Part shown: in pieces, positions 38,424-51,100 of the stretch | Layout of the letters: each line of letters starts with the position of its first letter | How positions within the stretch are numbered: position 1 is the stretch's first letter | Source of the DNA: Vermamoeba vermiformis | Lineage: Eukaryota | DNA: 64,000 bases | Direction of reading: 5' to 3' | Assembly (NCBI GenBank): GCA_045837725.1 | Contig: JBEWZL010000084.1 | Span: 1 to 64,000, forward strand | Notes under the pieces: model-generated | The model's input: only the letters and a program-made list of their open reading frames with translations | Databases searched by the model: none | Told to the model about the DNA's origin: nothing | Program-made: the position numbers and the translations under genes

Positions 38424-39113
38424 GACGGAATTGTTGTCTGCGTTGGTGTTGCCGCGCAAAACTGTTTTACAACGTTGTTTTTTTCATTTTGTTTTCTTTA
38501 CGCAACAAGCAAGCACACAGTCATAACTCGCAGATAAGATACTGGCGGTTGTATGCTCTTGTCACGCTATCTGAAGCATACACCACGTGCACGAGTAGAT
38601 CTACAAACAGACAACGCGGCTTTGGGTACTCATGCTGAAATAATTGCAATTAATTCGCCCTATTTGTGAGCAAGATGGAAACACGATTACACGTAATAGT
38701 GCAGAGAGAAAATACTTTTGGTGATGTGGGATTGCAAATCTGTTCAGAGTATTATTTTATCCTGGATATGGTCAGATATAGCAAAAGCACTGTATGGGGT
38801 TATAACTTTGCTGAAATGCAAAATCGAATGAAGAGATATTTTCTGGTGGAAACGCATCCTAAATCTCAAGTGTAGATTATTTGTTGGTGGTTCTTAATCG
38901 AAATTAGCTCTGGGGCTGCTTACTCCCTACTTATCGAACATAATCCGCAAACTTGCACGAGCAAACCCTCCTTCTAGCAGCTTCCACGGTAAAAAACTCA
39001 ATGGCTTTTTCGCTTGACGTCCCGTCACTTGTGGGCTTCCGAATTTCATTGTTTTATCTTATCTTCTTCAGTTGAGACCCACAACAGGCATTAGTTGTGC
39101 TTCTAGATTGACC

Positions 39114-42100
39114 ATGGTGCGATTACCAACCATTCTCGTGCTGGGTCTTGTTTTCCAGTTGGGTAAGCGATCAGCAGTTGAAACTAACTACCGATCCTAT
39201 TTTCAGTATCTTTAGTATATTTAAGCTAACGTCTTCAATGCTAGCTTTTGCCCAACCTGAGTGGCGTACCCTTGATGGCCGAAATAACAATAAAAATAAC
39301 CCTACCTGGGGTAAGTCATTAATCTGTCAACAAAATGATGAATGCAAACTTGACGCTGCGCGGTCCAAGCATCAAATTTACAATATATGAATTAGTTATT
39401 AAATGCTCCTGCATTAATAATTATTTATTCATCCTTTTTTCCCTTGTGATCGCACGGAGTTGGGAGTCTGTGGAAGCTCTTTTAACCTAGTTACATTGCA
39501 GGTTCAACAAATATTCAGCTTACACGTGACAATATTCGATGGTACTACGAAGATGGCATTAGCAAGCCAATGACAACTGGATATCCTTCACCCAGAGAAA
39601 TTAGCAATAGATTGTTCAGTATGCTTCCCGAGAACCCCCTGGCCGCTCAGTAAGTAGTCGGTTACTTATGCGACGCTTGATCAAATTTAATTGCAACAGT
39701 TCAAAAGATTTTTCGTTGGAGATCTGGGACCTTTCAAATTTTTCCTAAAAATAACATAATCACCGTTATTCCGAACAATATCCTAAATGTTGGTGTAAAT
39801 AGGGGCTTCAGCGATATGCACACCTACTGGGGTCAATTCTTGGATCACGACATTACCTGGTCTCCTGAGCTCGAAGACGATTTCCTTTACATTCCAATTC
39901 CTGAGCAGAATGACGTGTTCTTCAACCCTTTCAACCAACAGAACCTCACTATGAAGTTCAAGCGCTCAAAGTACGATACTACCACTGGCCTCGACCAATG
40001 TAAGTTTTCTTTAAAATGATCCCGATCTGGATCTTCTTTGCTAATTTTAACATCTCTAGCGAATCCTCGTGCTCAAATCAACGTTCTTAGTTCATTTATT
40101 GATGGCTCTATGGTCTACGGTGTCGATTCAGTCCGCGCCAACGCCTTGCGTGACTTCAATACTAAGGGCAAGTTGAAGACTACCACCATTAACGGTCACG
40201 TCTATCCTCCCAAGAACACTTTTGGCTTGCCTAACGCCAACAACAACCGCTTTGTGCCCAACGAAGAGCAATTCCTTTGCGGTGACTTGCGTTGCAATGA
40301 AAACCCCATGTTGACTGCTTTGCACACTGGTAAGATCCAAAAATATTTCTGAGTCACCTTCAGCAACATGGGCTAAATATGATTATCACAGTCTTCGTTC
40401 GCGAGCACAACCGTTTGGCTGATAAGTTCGCCACGGACCACCCTGAATGGGATGGTGAGCGCATCTATCAAGAAGCTCGTCGCTGGATTGGTGCTTTCTG
40501 CCAAGCCATCACCTTCAACGAGTACTCGCTCGCCACCACTGGCAGAGCTTTGCCTGAGTACACTGGCTACAACCCCAATGTCAACCCTAGTAAGTTGACC
40601 TCAAACACTAGCGCCGCTCTGGGCGGATGTGACTCAACGATTCCTTAACTAACTTCATCCTAATCTAGGCATTATGGGCGCTTTCTCTTCTATTGCTTTC
40701 CGCTACGGTCACTCTGAAGTCAACCAATTGATTCCTCGTTTGGACGAGAACAGAAGACCCATTCCTCAAGGCCACTTGTTGTTCCGTGACGGTTACTTCA
40801 ACCCTCCAGTGTACGTACAGTGATGGTGCACTTCATTATTAAAGTGGTACTAATGCATATTCAGTTGGGAGAGAGAAGGTATTGAACCTATGATCGTCGG
40901 ATCTGCTTGGCAACACCAACAAGAAGTAGACTTGTTCTACGTCGATGGTATGGTCCAACCTATAAAGTATTACGTTTTCTAATGCCATTTAATAGACATT
41001 CGTAACTTCTTGTTCGGTTTGCCCGGACAAGGTGGTTTGGATCTTGCTGCTTTGACTATCGAAAGAGGTCGTGACCACGGTATGTAATGAAATCAAATCT
41101 ACTACACGAGAGATGACTAATCAAATTAACAGGCATGCCTCCTTTTAATGACGTGCGTGCTGCTTACAACTTGCCTCCCAAGACTTTCGATCAGATCTCT
41201 TCCAAGCCTGAAATTAACGCTATCTTCAAGCAAGTTTACTACAACAACATCTCTTTGGTTGACACTTTCGTCGCTGGTCTTGCTGAAGGTAATATAAATT
41301 GTTTATCTAAACAAATTTGTGTTTTGCTAATTTTGGATCAAACTAACAGACAAGCCCACCGGTGCTCACGTTGGTGAGACTTTCCGTGAAATTATTTGGG
41401 AACAATACCGCCGTTTGCGCGATGGTGATCGTTTCTACTACCGCGCTCCTGACGCTGGCTTCACTGCCGCTGAAATCGCTGAAATCGACAGCACTCGTTT
41501 GAGCCACATTATTCTCCGCAACACTAACATCAAGGCCCTTCAATGCGGTGTTTTGTTCGTTTCTAACGCTCTTGACTGCGGTGAGGTCACCACTGCTCCT
41601 ACTGCCGGAGGGTACGTTACAGAATCACATTTAGTAGTTTTTTCATTGGTCAGCAACTAATGAAATTTCTCTGTGTTGTAGTGCTTCTTCTGTCGACTTG
41701 CTCGGTGGTAGCTACAACTTGGCCTGGCAAATTAACGGTGACACGATCACCATTACCATGCGCGCTAACACTAACGGATGGGTTGGTTTTGGTATCCCCG
41801 AAGCCCCTGCTCGCATGGTTGGCGGTGACGTTATTATTGGTGAGTATTAATTGAACCTGCATTATCGAACCTTCTAGAGTAACCCTCGTGACAAGTGTCA
41901 ATTTTTGACGGGTTACTTGTCGATCATGAATTTGCCTTTCTAGAAGCCTTGCAAGTCCTTGTACTGATAACTGTGGTTTAGGTTGGGTCGATGATAGCAC
42001 TGGTGAAGTTGTTGTTGACGACTACTTCATTACTGACCGCGCTGCTGGCTGCCCCAACGGTGTCTGCGAGGACACTAACCGAGGCGGAAACCGTGACATT

Positions 42101-43090
42101 ACTGATGTCAGCGGTACTCAAGAGGGCGGTGTCACCACCATCAAGTTCACTCGTCCTTTGGCCGCTTCTGACGCTGACTTCGATCGTGCCATCGCCGTCG
42201 GATCAGATCAACAGATCATCTTCGCTTTTGGCAACACTGACAGCTTGACTTACCACGGTGCTAACCGCGGTGGTTCTGCCGTCAACTTCGCCAGCGGTGG
42301 TGTGACTGCTGGTCGCGACTTCAAGACCATTGAAAAGCGCATTGCTCACGGTACTATTATGATCTTCTCTTGGATGGTTTTGTTGCCTTTGGGTATCTAC
42401 TTCGCCTCGTTCTTCAAGCACTTGACCTCATGGTTCAGGTAAGTCACAGCAGGCATACAACATCAGACAAGCGGAGTTAATACTTTATGCAGAGTTCACA
42501 TTGCCTTGCAAACCATCGGTGTTATGTTCGCTATTGCTGGTATGATCATTGCCATCGAATTCACTGCTGGTAAGTATACTTGACATTAAATACGTTGGTC
42601 GAGTAGCGCTAACAGTATTAAATTTTAGAATTGAACTCTCCTCACTTTGATGGTGTTCACCAAGCTTTTGGTTTGACCACCCAATTGATCATGATTTGCG
42701 CTCCTTACTTGGGTTACTTGTCTGATATGATGTTCGTTCCTGGTCGTAAGGCTACTCCTATCTTCCCTGACAAGGTTCACTGGTAAGTCAGATACAATCT
42801 TTCGGATCCCAGATTTGGGTTAACCGAACTTTAATAGGACTTTCGGTTACGTCTCGACCCTCTTGTCTTTCCCTACTATCTATTTGGGTCTCTATGCCTT
42901 CGGCGCTCCTCCCGTCGCCTACGCTCTCGTCGGCATCTGGAACGGTTTAATGTTGGTTGCTTACATCGTCTTGTCAGTCTTCAAGGCTAAGGGCAAGATT
43001 GGCAAACACTTCCCCATTGACGGTCATGGTGATCACGAATTGAGCGGCGGTTCTTCTACTGCTTACATGAAGTTGAACGAAGAGCACTAA
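39114..43090 (+). CDS. Animal-type heme peroxidase + DOMON + cytochrome b561 fusion membrane protein
   Basis: WRTLDGRNNN, WGQFLDHD, GDLRCNENP, FRYGHS, RGRDHG, LRDGDRFYY; DOMON GWVGFG...RMVGGD...TYHG; b561 IAHG...WFRVH...VHQ...KVHW. Confidence 0.92.
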
Positions 43091-43273
43091 GCTTGTTGAT
43101 AAAGTTTTTGTTTATTCCTTATATACCTTATTTCCATGAAATAAAATCATTTTAATACAAGTCCTTGCTTAATCTCAATGGTCTGAGAACTGCAACCCGT
43201 TTGGCGCGAAAAGTGCAGAAGTGCGCCAAATTAGATTATTGATTTAAAAATTCTAAACAGCACCACTCGATAA

Positions 43274-45743
43274 ATGGACCCTAAAAATAATCCCTTTGAT
43301 ATTATTCAATCGTTATTTAGTCAACATCACGAGCAGAATGATCATTGGCACGTCGCCTCACACTTTGACCAATTTTTGACAAATCCGGAGCTTCTGAAAC
43401 AAGTAAGGCTACCATAATTATTAATTTAATATTCTAATAATTTATTCATAGTTACCTTTGTTAAATACAACCCCTGTCGACAAAATTCCTCCTCGATCTC
43501 TTGTCCGCTATCGCTGCATGATTCAGGATATTTTTGATCAAGAATTATTCATGGGATTATTTTATCAAGTACATAAAGAGACTGGCGAAAAGGTAAGCAG
43601 CAGAATTTAAGTTGGATCGGATCTTCCTCTAAAAACAAATTTAGGTGGTGTGCCATGGCAAGTATCAGGAGACGATTGATATTAAGGTAACAATTTAGCG
43701 TTGGTGCTTACGTTATTTAACGATTAATCAGGATGGTTACGATATTGAAGAAGGGCGCACGATGGATCGACACTCCCTGTACTGCGTTCCTGTACCTGGT
43801 GAAAACGATTGGGTCATTCAAAAAATATCCTTTATATATTATAAATCAAATGCGCGTTTGTAAGCTTATTCTCTTTAACTCGTTCATACACTCGCGGCGA
43901 GGAAATGAACACATCCAGCGCGCCTTTGACTAGCGGCACTGGCACTAAACGACGACGCGAAGACCAGGAGCAAGAAGCTGTGTCTATGAACATTGACGAG
44001 GACAAGGAGAACATCAACAATTACAACGCGAATGTCCAATCCAATCAAGCCAGCACAGCCAACGTCTCGTGCACGAACAACAATCAATTTGCACAGCCCG
44101 CGAAGAAAACTAAAACAGGTAAAATACAAATTGTATAAGCGCACTATTTTTATGCAAGGTGCTCGTGCTAATGCATTTCAAGGCACCGAAAAGTCAGCAG
44201 ACAACAAAAGCGCGGTGACTTCTGTCTTGCCCGAACTTAATTTCCCGTTGCCCGCACAAGGTCCCGCGTGTATAGTCAAGTTGTACGACAGTGACGACAA
44301 CGCATTCAAATTGAACGATGTGATCGAAGTGATTGGGGTCTTGGGCAGCACGGTGCCGGGGCCTGATGTCAACGACGACAGGTACGAGTAGCTACAATAG
44401 CTATTAATATGGCCCTATACTCGAGCTAATCCTAGCAACAGCAAGTTGATGTCCATTGAAGAAGAAATTTCACACTATCCACCTTCCAGCGTCGTGCCTC
44501 GACTTCACGCATTGACCTTCAGACACGTGACTGCAGCACCAGTGTTGGACCCGCAAGTCTTGCAACAGCCCAGCATTGAAGCACTGAGAACGCAAATCAT
44601 TCAGTTCTTGGCCAGTCAACTTCACGGAGATGTTGTCGCAGCCAGTTATTTGTTGTTGAACCTCATTTCACACGTGTAAGTGTCGGCCGTCCTCGTCATG
44701 TTATAACATCAATCTAACGCATTACTAGCTATTCACGCTCTGGAGTTTTGGCCCTTGGAAACTTCTCGTTGAATTTGGTGTCAAATGACATGCAGCTCGG
44801 TTACAAATTGAGCAAGTTGGTCGCGCAGTTGTTGCCGTACAGTCATTACCTCCCCATGACTATTGAGAACTTGAACAAGGCTCCGTTTATTCCGTACAAG
44901 AACAACGTCAGTAACAAGCTGACAGCTGGTCAGTTGCAATTGCCTGGTGGCACGCATTTGGTCATTGATGAAGCTCGGTTGGCTGCCGGTCAATTGTCAC
45001 AGATTGGTACGCGCTGAACAATATTACTTACCATTGGCTTATTACTAACACGTTGCTATTGAACAGGACTTGCTAATTTGAAGGCACTGAATGATGTCGT
45101 GTTGTGGCAAAAACTTGAATATGACTTTGAGTTCCACACATTGACGTTCAACACCGATTATCCGAGCGTCATTACCTCCACGGGCAGATCTTTGTTCTCG
45201 GTAAGCACCATGAACTTTGCTGCTACAATTTTAACTAACATATCTCCATGTCCCACAGAAGGATGGCAATTGCTGTGTCTTGCCGACTGTCGCGCCACCG
45301 TCTGGACAGAACGCTCCGGAAGTCCAAGTCAACGAACAATTTTTGGAGGTGTGTCGCACTTACTTCAGCGTGGTCAGGCAAACTGACATGAAGCCTGTCA
45401 GCGAAGAAGTCAGCAAGGTAAGGAAGAATTGTTCCTAACCCTATGAAGCTGTTGCTTACATGTCTCGTGTGCAGCACATCCAAGACCATTTCGTACAACT
45501 TCGCCAAGCTAACCCAAAGGTCACTCCTGATGATTTCCACGCCATGCTGACGATATCGCGATACGCAGCGATGAGGTAATGATTGTTCGAGTGATTGCAC
45601 GAGTGCGGATCTAATTTTGTGTTGGCAGCTTTGGCGAGACTGAATTGACTATGGAACGATTCTTGTTTGCTCGTACATTGGAGGCACAACGTACTCAACG
45701 AGTAGAGGCCTTGCCTGCTTCAAGCACCAATCAGAATAATTAA
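43274..45743 (+). CDS. MCMBP: Mini-chromosome maintenance complex-binding protein
   Basis: [28 protein letters not shown]...[45 protein letters not shown]...THLVIDE. Confidence 0.92.
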
Positions 45744-45794
45744 GAACGAAGCGCGTGTAATATAGTTTTTGCTAAATAATTTACTTTTTACAGA

Positions 45795-47324
45795 TTAATT
45801 CACAATTTGGTTGTTATCATCTCGAGGATTAGCGCTCGGAGGAGTGTACTTTGGGAGGTCTCTTTCGAGTGCTTGACGCAAGTTCACAAACGAGTTATTC
45901 CGCTTTTGCATGGACTTGAAGTACGTGATTGCCAAGCGCACATCGGTGTCAAAAAATGCATCTCGTCTCGTGAACACTATGCGCGTGATGAACGTGCCAA
46001 AGATGAATCCAAACAAGACTGACACGAGCGACATGATGGAGCCCAAGTCGGTGAGAATACGCAACAACAAGCCTGTCACAGTCTCGTCTTGAATGATCGT
46101 GACACGTGTCGTGTGCACTCGGACGGCGAGCACGAGGTAGTCGACTAATATACCCGACTCTCCTAGTCTGGTGCAGTTGAATTGGTCGCAGAGGTGATCG
46201 ACTTCATCGGGCTGCAGCGGCATGAAGTGAATGTCCGTCGGAAACCTCTCGAACTTGACTCCTTCTGCGTTATATTCAACTTCTTTACGGATATCTAGGT
46301 TGTTATAACTAGGGAGCTAATGATGAGAACGCCGGTCACAACAATATGGGTTAATCTTACGTACCCTGAAGGTCTTGTAATGTAGATTGTGCTGTTGGGA
46401 AATGGCTCGTTGACATTATTGACCCAATTCATTTCGATGAACGAGAACGGCCGCTTATATTCAGCGAATGTGTACGATGCAACATATATTAATAATTCCG
46501 CTCGTTCAGTTGTTCCGTTGAATATCCAAGGCGTTTTATCGTGAGCACCAAAAGTAACGCAAGTCGCTCGAGTAGATCTATTAAACTGGATCATTGTATC
46601 GCAGGCTTCGGCGACTATAAAAGTATTAGAAAGAGCTTTTAGCTGTTAGGTAACACCTACAGCTATTGCCGAAGTTAGTTCCTTCGCAATAATAACTCAG
46701 TTTTCTTCGCTCAATTGCAGTTTCCAAAGCAACTCCAGGAAAGTAAACCCAGGGAAAACAAACCTAGAATAGTGTCAATTAAGTGAAATAAAACAAATAT
46801 GGTGGCTTACTTGAAGCATTGGCAGTTCTAGGGCACTGTGCATCGTAGTTTCGATTGAAACGACTGGATGCGTAGCATTCCACGATGAAAAGAATGTAAG
46901 CAAGCCAAAAAATGCAATAACAAGCGAAACATATTCTGCTCTTTGTATTATATTTTTTTTGCGGCCAGTGTTGTCAACAGGCACGGGGAGGGTGCATCTC
47001 TTTCTTGCTGGCGGGAAATCGAAAAGTTAATTAACGAATATTTACTTTAATTATAATTATAATTATACAAGCACACTAACATTTATCATGGATTATCAAA
47101 ATATTGCTACACAGAACTGAAATAATTAAATAAAATTGACAATGTTCAACGTGTCAGATCGTGTCATATTTGATTTGGTATGACTTGCCTCGCTTAAGGG
47201 CTCGCTTGATAGGGTGAGCGTTGGGCGATATTTCTTCGTCATCAAATTCAGCGTCGTCATCTAGATCAACCAACGGAGTGTAACCATCCTCGGTGTTGCC
47301 GTTTAATTCTGTTGAGTTACTCAT
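45795..47324 (-). CDS. Two-TM membrane protein with large luminal loop (ENaC/PAC-like topology)
   Basis: TM1 followed by HPVVSIE...LELP; beta-rich Cys-containing loop; TM2 RILTDLGSIMSLVSVLFGFIFG. The 5' exon structure is uncertain. Confidence 0.55.
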
Positions 47325-47760
47325 GCATTCATATAAAATAAATAAATATTGTGGTTATTAATTGTTGATAAATTTCGAAATTGATTTGTTGCGCAAAAAA
47401 AAAAAAGGATCGCCGATTTCATTTTAACCTAGGTGATTCTAGAAGGCACCTAGTTTCGCTCATTCTCTATCTTTGTTTACTTTTCGAGCTAACAGTACGT
47501 CAATAACGCAGTCGTTGCATAAAATAAAGGGAGGTTTCATTTGTTTTGCAAGGAACAGCTGAAACGAAATTGCTGAGACACGTCCAAAACCATGACATGC
47601 ATCTTCGGGAAGATTCTGTAAAGCTAAGCTCCCAACCACCCTTTGGAAGATCCCAATACATGCACTCTGCCTAACACCTAACTTGATGCGCTGTCTTTCG
47701 TTTTGGTTGCAGCATGGGAGGTTAATGGATCGCCAAAAAACTATTAAAATAATAAATTAT

Positions 47761-48087
47761 TTATTTCTTAAAAGAGTAATCTCTTTCAACTTTGCATACA
47801 CGAGTAATATACCCAGCGTACCAATCTTTTTTGCCTTTGTCTTGAGCTTTTTGATGAGACGTATTCTCTTTCCATTTTGTAATAGCCTCTAACGAACTCC
47901 AATACGAGATGGTAATGCCTAGCCCGTTTTCATCTCGAGCGCTTTCAACTCCTAAATATCCTTCTTGTTGCGAAGAGAGTGTAGACATGATCTCGGCCAT
48001 AGTGTCGTATCCTTTCTTATCATTGTCCGTTCTTTGAGAAGTAAAGATTACAGAGTAGTACGGTGGCTGAGGTGTGTTTGCAAACAT
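47761..48087 (-). CDS. Antibiotic biosynthesis monooxygenase (ABM, YqjZ-like), intronless
   Basis: TPQPPYYSVIFTSQR...GYLGVESAR...GITISYWSSLEAI..WK...H..AQ..GK..WY...RVCKVERDY. Confidence 0.9.
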   Translation of the reverse strand: MFANTPQPPYYSVIFTSQRTDNDKKGYDTMAEIMSTLSSQQEGYLGVESARDENGLGITISYWSSLEAITKWKENTSHQKAQDKGKKDWYAGYITRVCKVERDYSFKK

Positions 48088-48479
48088 CTTTGTTGTTTCA
48101 CTCACTAGAAGTCAAAACCGGATATTTTTTTTTGACAGATACCCAGAGGGCGAGATCGAGAAATGCCAGGAAATGCTTTTCCGGGAAATTATTACCAGCA
48201 GAGTTGCCGCTCGAAGTAGTTGGTTGGTTATCGATTAATGGATTTGGTATTTTCGCCCAACTGTAGGGAGATGAGATATCACATTGAAATTTCTGAACTT
48301 AATACTCATCACTAAGACGGGGCATTAACTGGGGTTTATTGCGGGGGTCTCGCGGATGCTGAGGCGATTGGAGCCTAGATCGCGAGCGTAACCCCCAAAG
48401 AATGAGTGAGTGATAAGGAGCGAGTGATCGCCCCAAGAGTTAAAGAGGGTTGGTAATGAAAGTAGAATAAATGAGATGT

Positions 48480-49552
48480 TTATGAGTAGAGTGTAGCGGA
48501 TGTTGCGCTTGACAGGTTAGCGCAGCGATCCCAGAACTCGTCCGTTTGCATCGCTTGGGCCACAGTGCGTGGAACTTCGATTTTTTGAGCGAAGGAGAAG
48601 GAAATGTAGCGCCTATACGCGTCCGAAACCCAATCCCCCTGCAACTTGACCATCGTTTCCGAGACGCCTGCAAGCAGGGCACAGGTGGCCCCGCCTTTCC
48701 GCAGCGAGTGCCCTGAGTAGGGCTCGGGGGCTAGGCCCGCTAGTGAGCAGTGCATCTTGATGACTAATAAGGGATTAGTGCATGCTCGATGCAAAGGTAT
48801 GGGTGAGGAGACTCACGCTTGTTGAGGTGCGAATGCACCAGGGGTGAAATGGAGCCGCTGGGGCCGCGAAAGAGGAATAGGGAGTGGCCATAATATGGCG
48901 GGCAGAGCTCCCACATTTCCTTGATGGCGCGTACTGGGCATAAGGGATTATCGTCCATTTTTACGAGCGGGATCCACAGGTCGTAATCATTGAACTGAAT
49001 CGTCTTAGTGCGCTGCAGTGTAATGGTGATGCCTACTGACGATACTGAGAGGTTATCTGGAGACACGTGGCGGAGGCTGTCGAAATTTCGCTTGGTTTTC
49101 TGTACGAGGTTGTTGCAACGCAAGTACGACCAAAACCCAACTACTAGACAGGCCCAGAACGTTCGATGTAGGGAGGATGCTGGGTCGAGGGTATTTTTCA
49201 GCTTGAGGAGCTCCACGGGGGTCAGTGGAGCTTTACTATCGGGCCTAGATCCGCGCACACGAGCAACCCCTTTGACAGTCGTTGAGATTGCAAAGACCTT
49301 CGTCGGGTCGGGAAGGCCTTTGAGCTTGTGGAAGGTGCCGATGTGTGCCAAGTAAGAGCTAATTGATGACGCTTTGACATTATGGTTGGCGAGGTAGGCA
49401 ACGTACTGACACAGCACTTCAGTACTCGCGGGAAAGAAGGGGAGGTTAGAGATCACGCAAAAGCGGGCAAAGGCAAGGACCGCTGACTCTCTAGATTTGG
49501 TTGTGGAGTCAGCGTAAGCCTTAGATTGAAGGAATTCAACCGTGAACGACAT
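48480..49552 (-). CDS. Tyrosine recombinase, 2 exons (intron 48764-48816)
   Basis: Catalytic R (SYLRCNNL), K (RTKT), HxxR (GHSLRKGG), W (GDW), Y (AYRRY); splicing gives ...HLNK-L-IKMHC... in frame. Confidence 0.9.
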
Positions 49553-51100
49553 CGATGGGCAGGTCTGCGCAGGGCACCATGGACAGATTGTGTTCGAGCA
49601 GGGGTTCGAACTGGATTCTGGAAGCAGCATCTGCTAGCTCGTTCATGAATCCTGGGATGAACTTTGCGGTCAGATGGAAATTAAATTTCGCCGAGATCCA
49701 AAACAGATCTCGAAGCATTCGCATGATTGCCAAGGACTTGCTGGAGCCCTTGTTAATTGCTGCGACTGCTGTGAAGTTGTCGCAAGCCACCACTACATGC
49801 TTGTTGCTCCACAAATGGCCCCACGTGCGGGCGGCAAGGTAGATGCTTAAGAGCTCCTTGTCGTTGATGTGCCACGATGAGGTGACCTGGTCATGGGGCC
49901 TAATGATGAAATGGTGGTCAAAGACCGCACCACAAGCCAGGTTTGAGGCGTCTGTTACAAAGCGGCGTTCGTCCACGACCGCTTCGTCAAGCATAACAGC
50001 ATGGCCGTTCCAAGTTGAAGCGAAGTCAAGCCACCAGCGTACATCATCGCGGAAACACTGGTTAAGGTACACCGTGGTGTCGTGAGACTCCACTGAATTG
50101 ACAATGTCAATCATCCTGCGCAAGAAGGTTCTGCCGCCGCGGACCACTCTTGCTGCGAAGTTCAGCTTGCCAACCAACTTCTCGACGTCCCGTTTCGTTG
50201 ATACTGTCATGTCTTGGAACGATTGCAGCAGTGACAGTAAGTCCTTTAGCTTATCTTCAGGGACTGAGAGACGCCTGCGTTGAGTATCGACCACAATGCC
50301 TAGGAAAGTGACGACTTTGGAGGGTGGGACAACCTTTGACTCGTTGATGCAGAAGCCCAGGTCGCTGAGGCAACGGCGGAAAGACTCGAAGTCGCGGGCC
50401 GCGTTCTGGGTCACCTCCTCCTCTGAGTCTCCTACTGAGATGATTAAAAAATCGTCCACATAAGGGATGACGTGTTGCACGTTGTAGTGATGCAGGGCGA
50501 CTTTGGCGATGAAGTTAGAGATCCGCCAAAAGACATAAGGAGCTATATTGAGACCAAAACACATGCGGAGGTCAATGTAGAACTTCCCGTTCCATTCGAA
50601 GCCTTGGAGGTCCCAGTGCTCTGGTCTAATTGGCACGTGTCGAAACGCATTCTTGATGTCGAATTTGCTTAGTCTGATATGCTTATACTGACGAATGATG
50701 ACCACTGCATCGTCCACAGAGGCAATTGGAAGCGCTTTGGCTCTGTGAAGGCATTCAGTTGAGTTCCATTGGGCTTGCTGAGATCGGTGATTCGGCGCCA
50801 CTTTCCTGGCCCTTTCGAGACTGCCCCGAGGGTGTTGAGCTTTCTGGGGGTAAAGGGCACCTCCACGACGAAGCCTGCATCGATCTCCTCTTGCACCTGT
50901 GCGTTCATGAAGTCGTAGCACTCTTTGACAGAACTGTAGTTGGCCACTCTTGAAGGTGGCACGGTGACGTCGGGGCCAACTATAGAAAGACCACCCCCTG
51001 GGCGAAATAGCTCCCACATGAACTCCCTGTCAGGGTCGTTGTGGAGGTACTTCTCCCAAGTGGACAGTTTCGACGTCACCGAGCTTACGGGGGCTTTAAT
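49536..51100 (-). pseudogene. Reverse transcriptase + RNase H (DIRS-type), 1-nt frameshift near 50725
   Basis: KWRRITDLS in one frame; SKFDIKNAFRHVPI, MCFGL..AP, YVDDF, FLGI, LVGKLNF, VTDAS, HINDKEL, CDN, ADAASR in the next. Confidence 0.88.

Noticed and set aside
48764-48816. Programmed frameshift between the two YR ORFs
   Set aside because: Canonical donor, branch point and acceptor give a simpler in-frame join.
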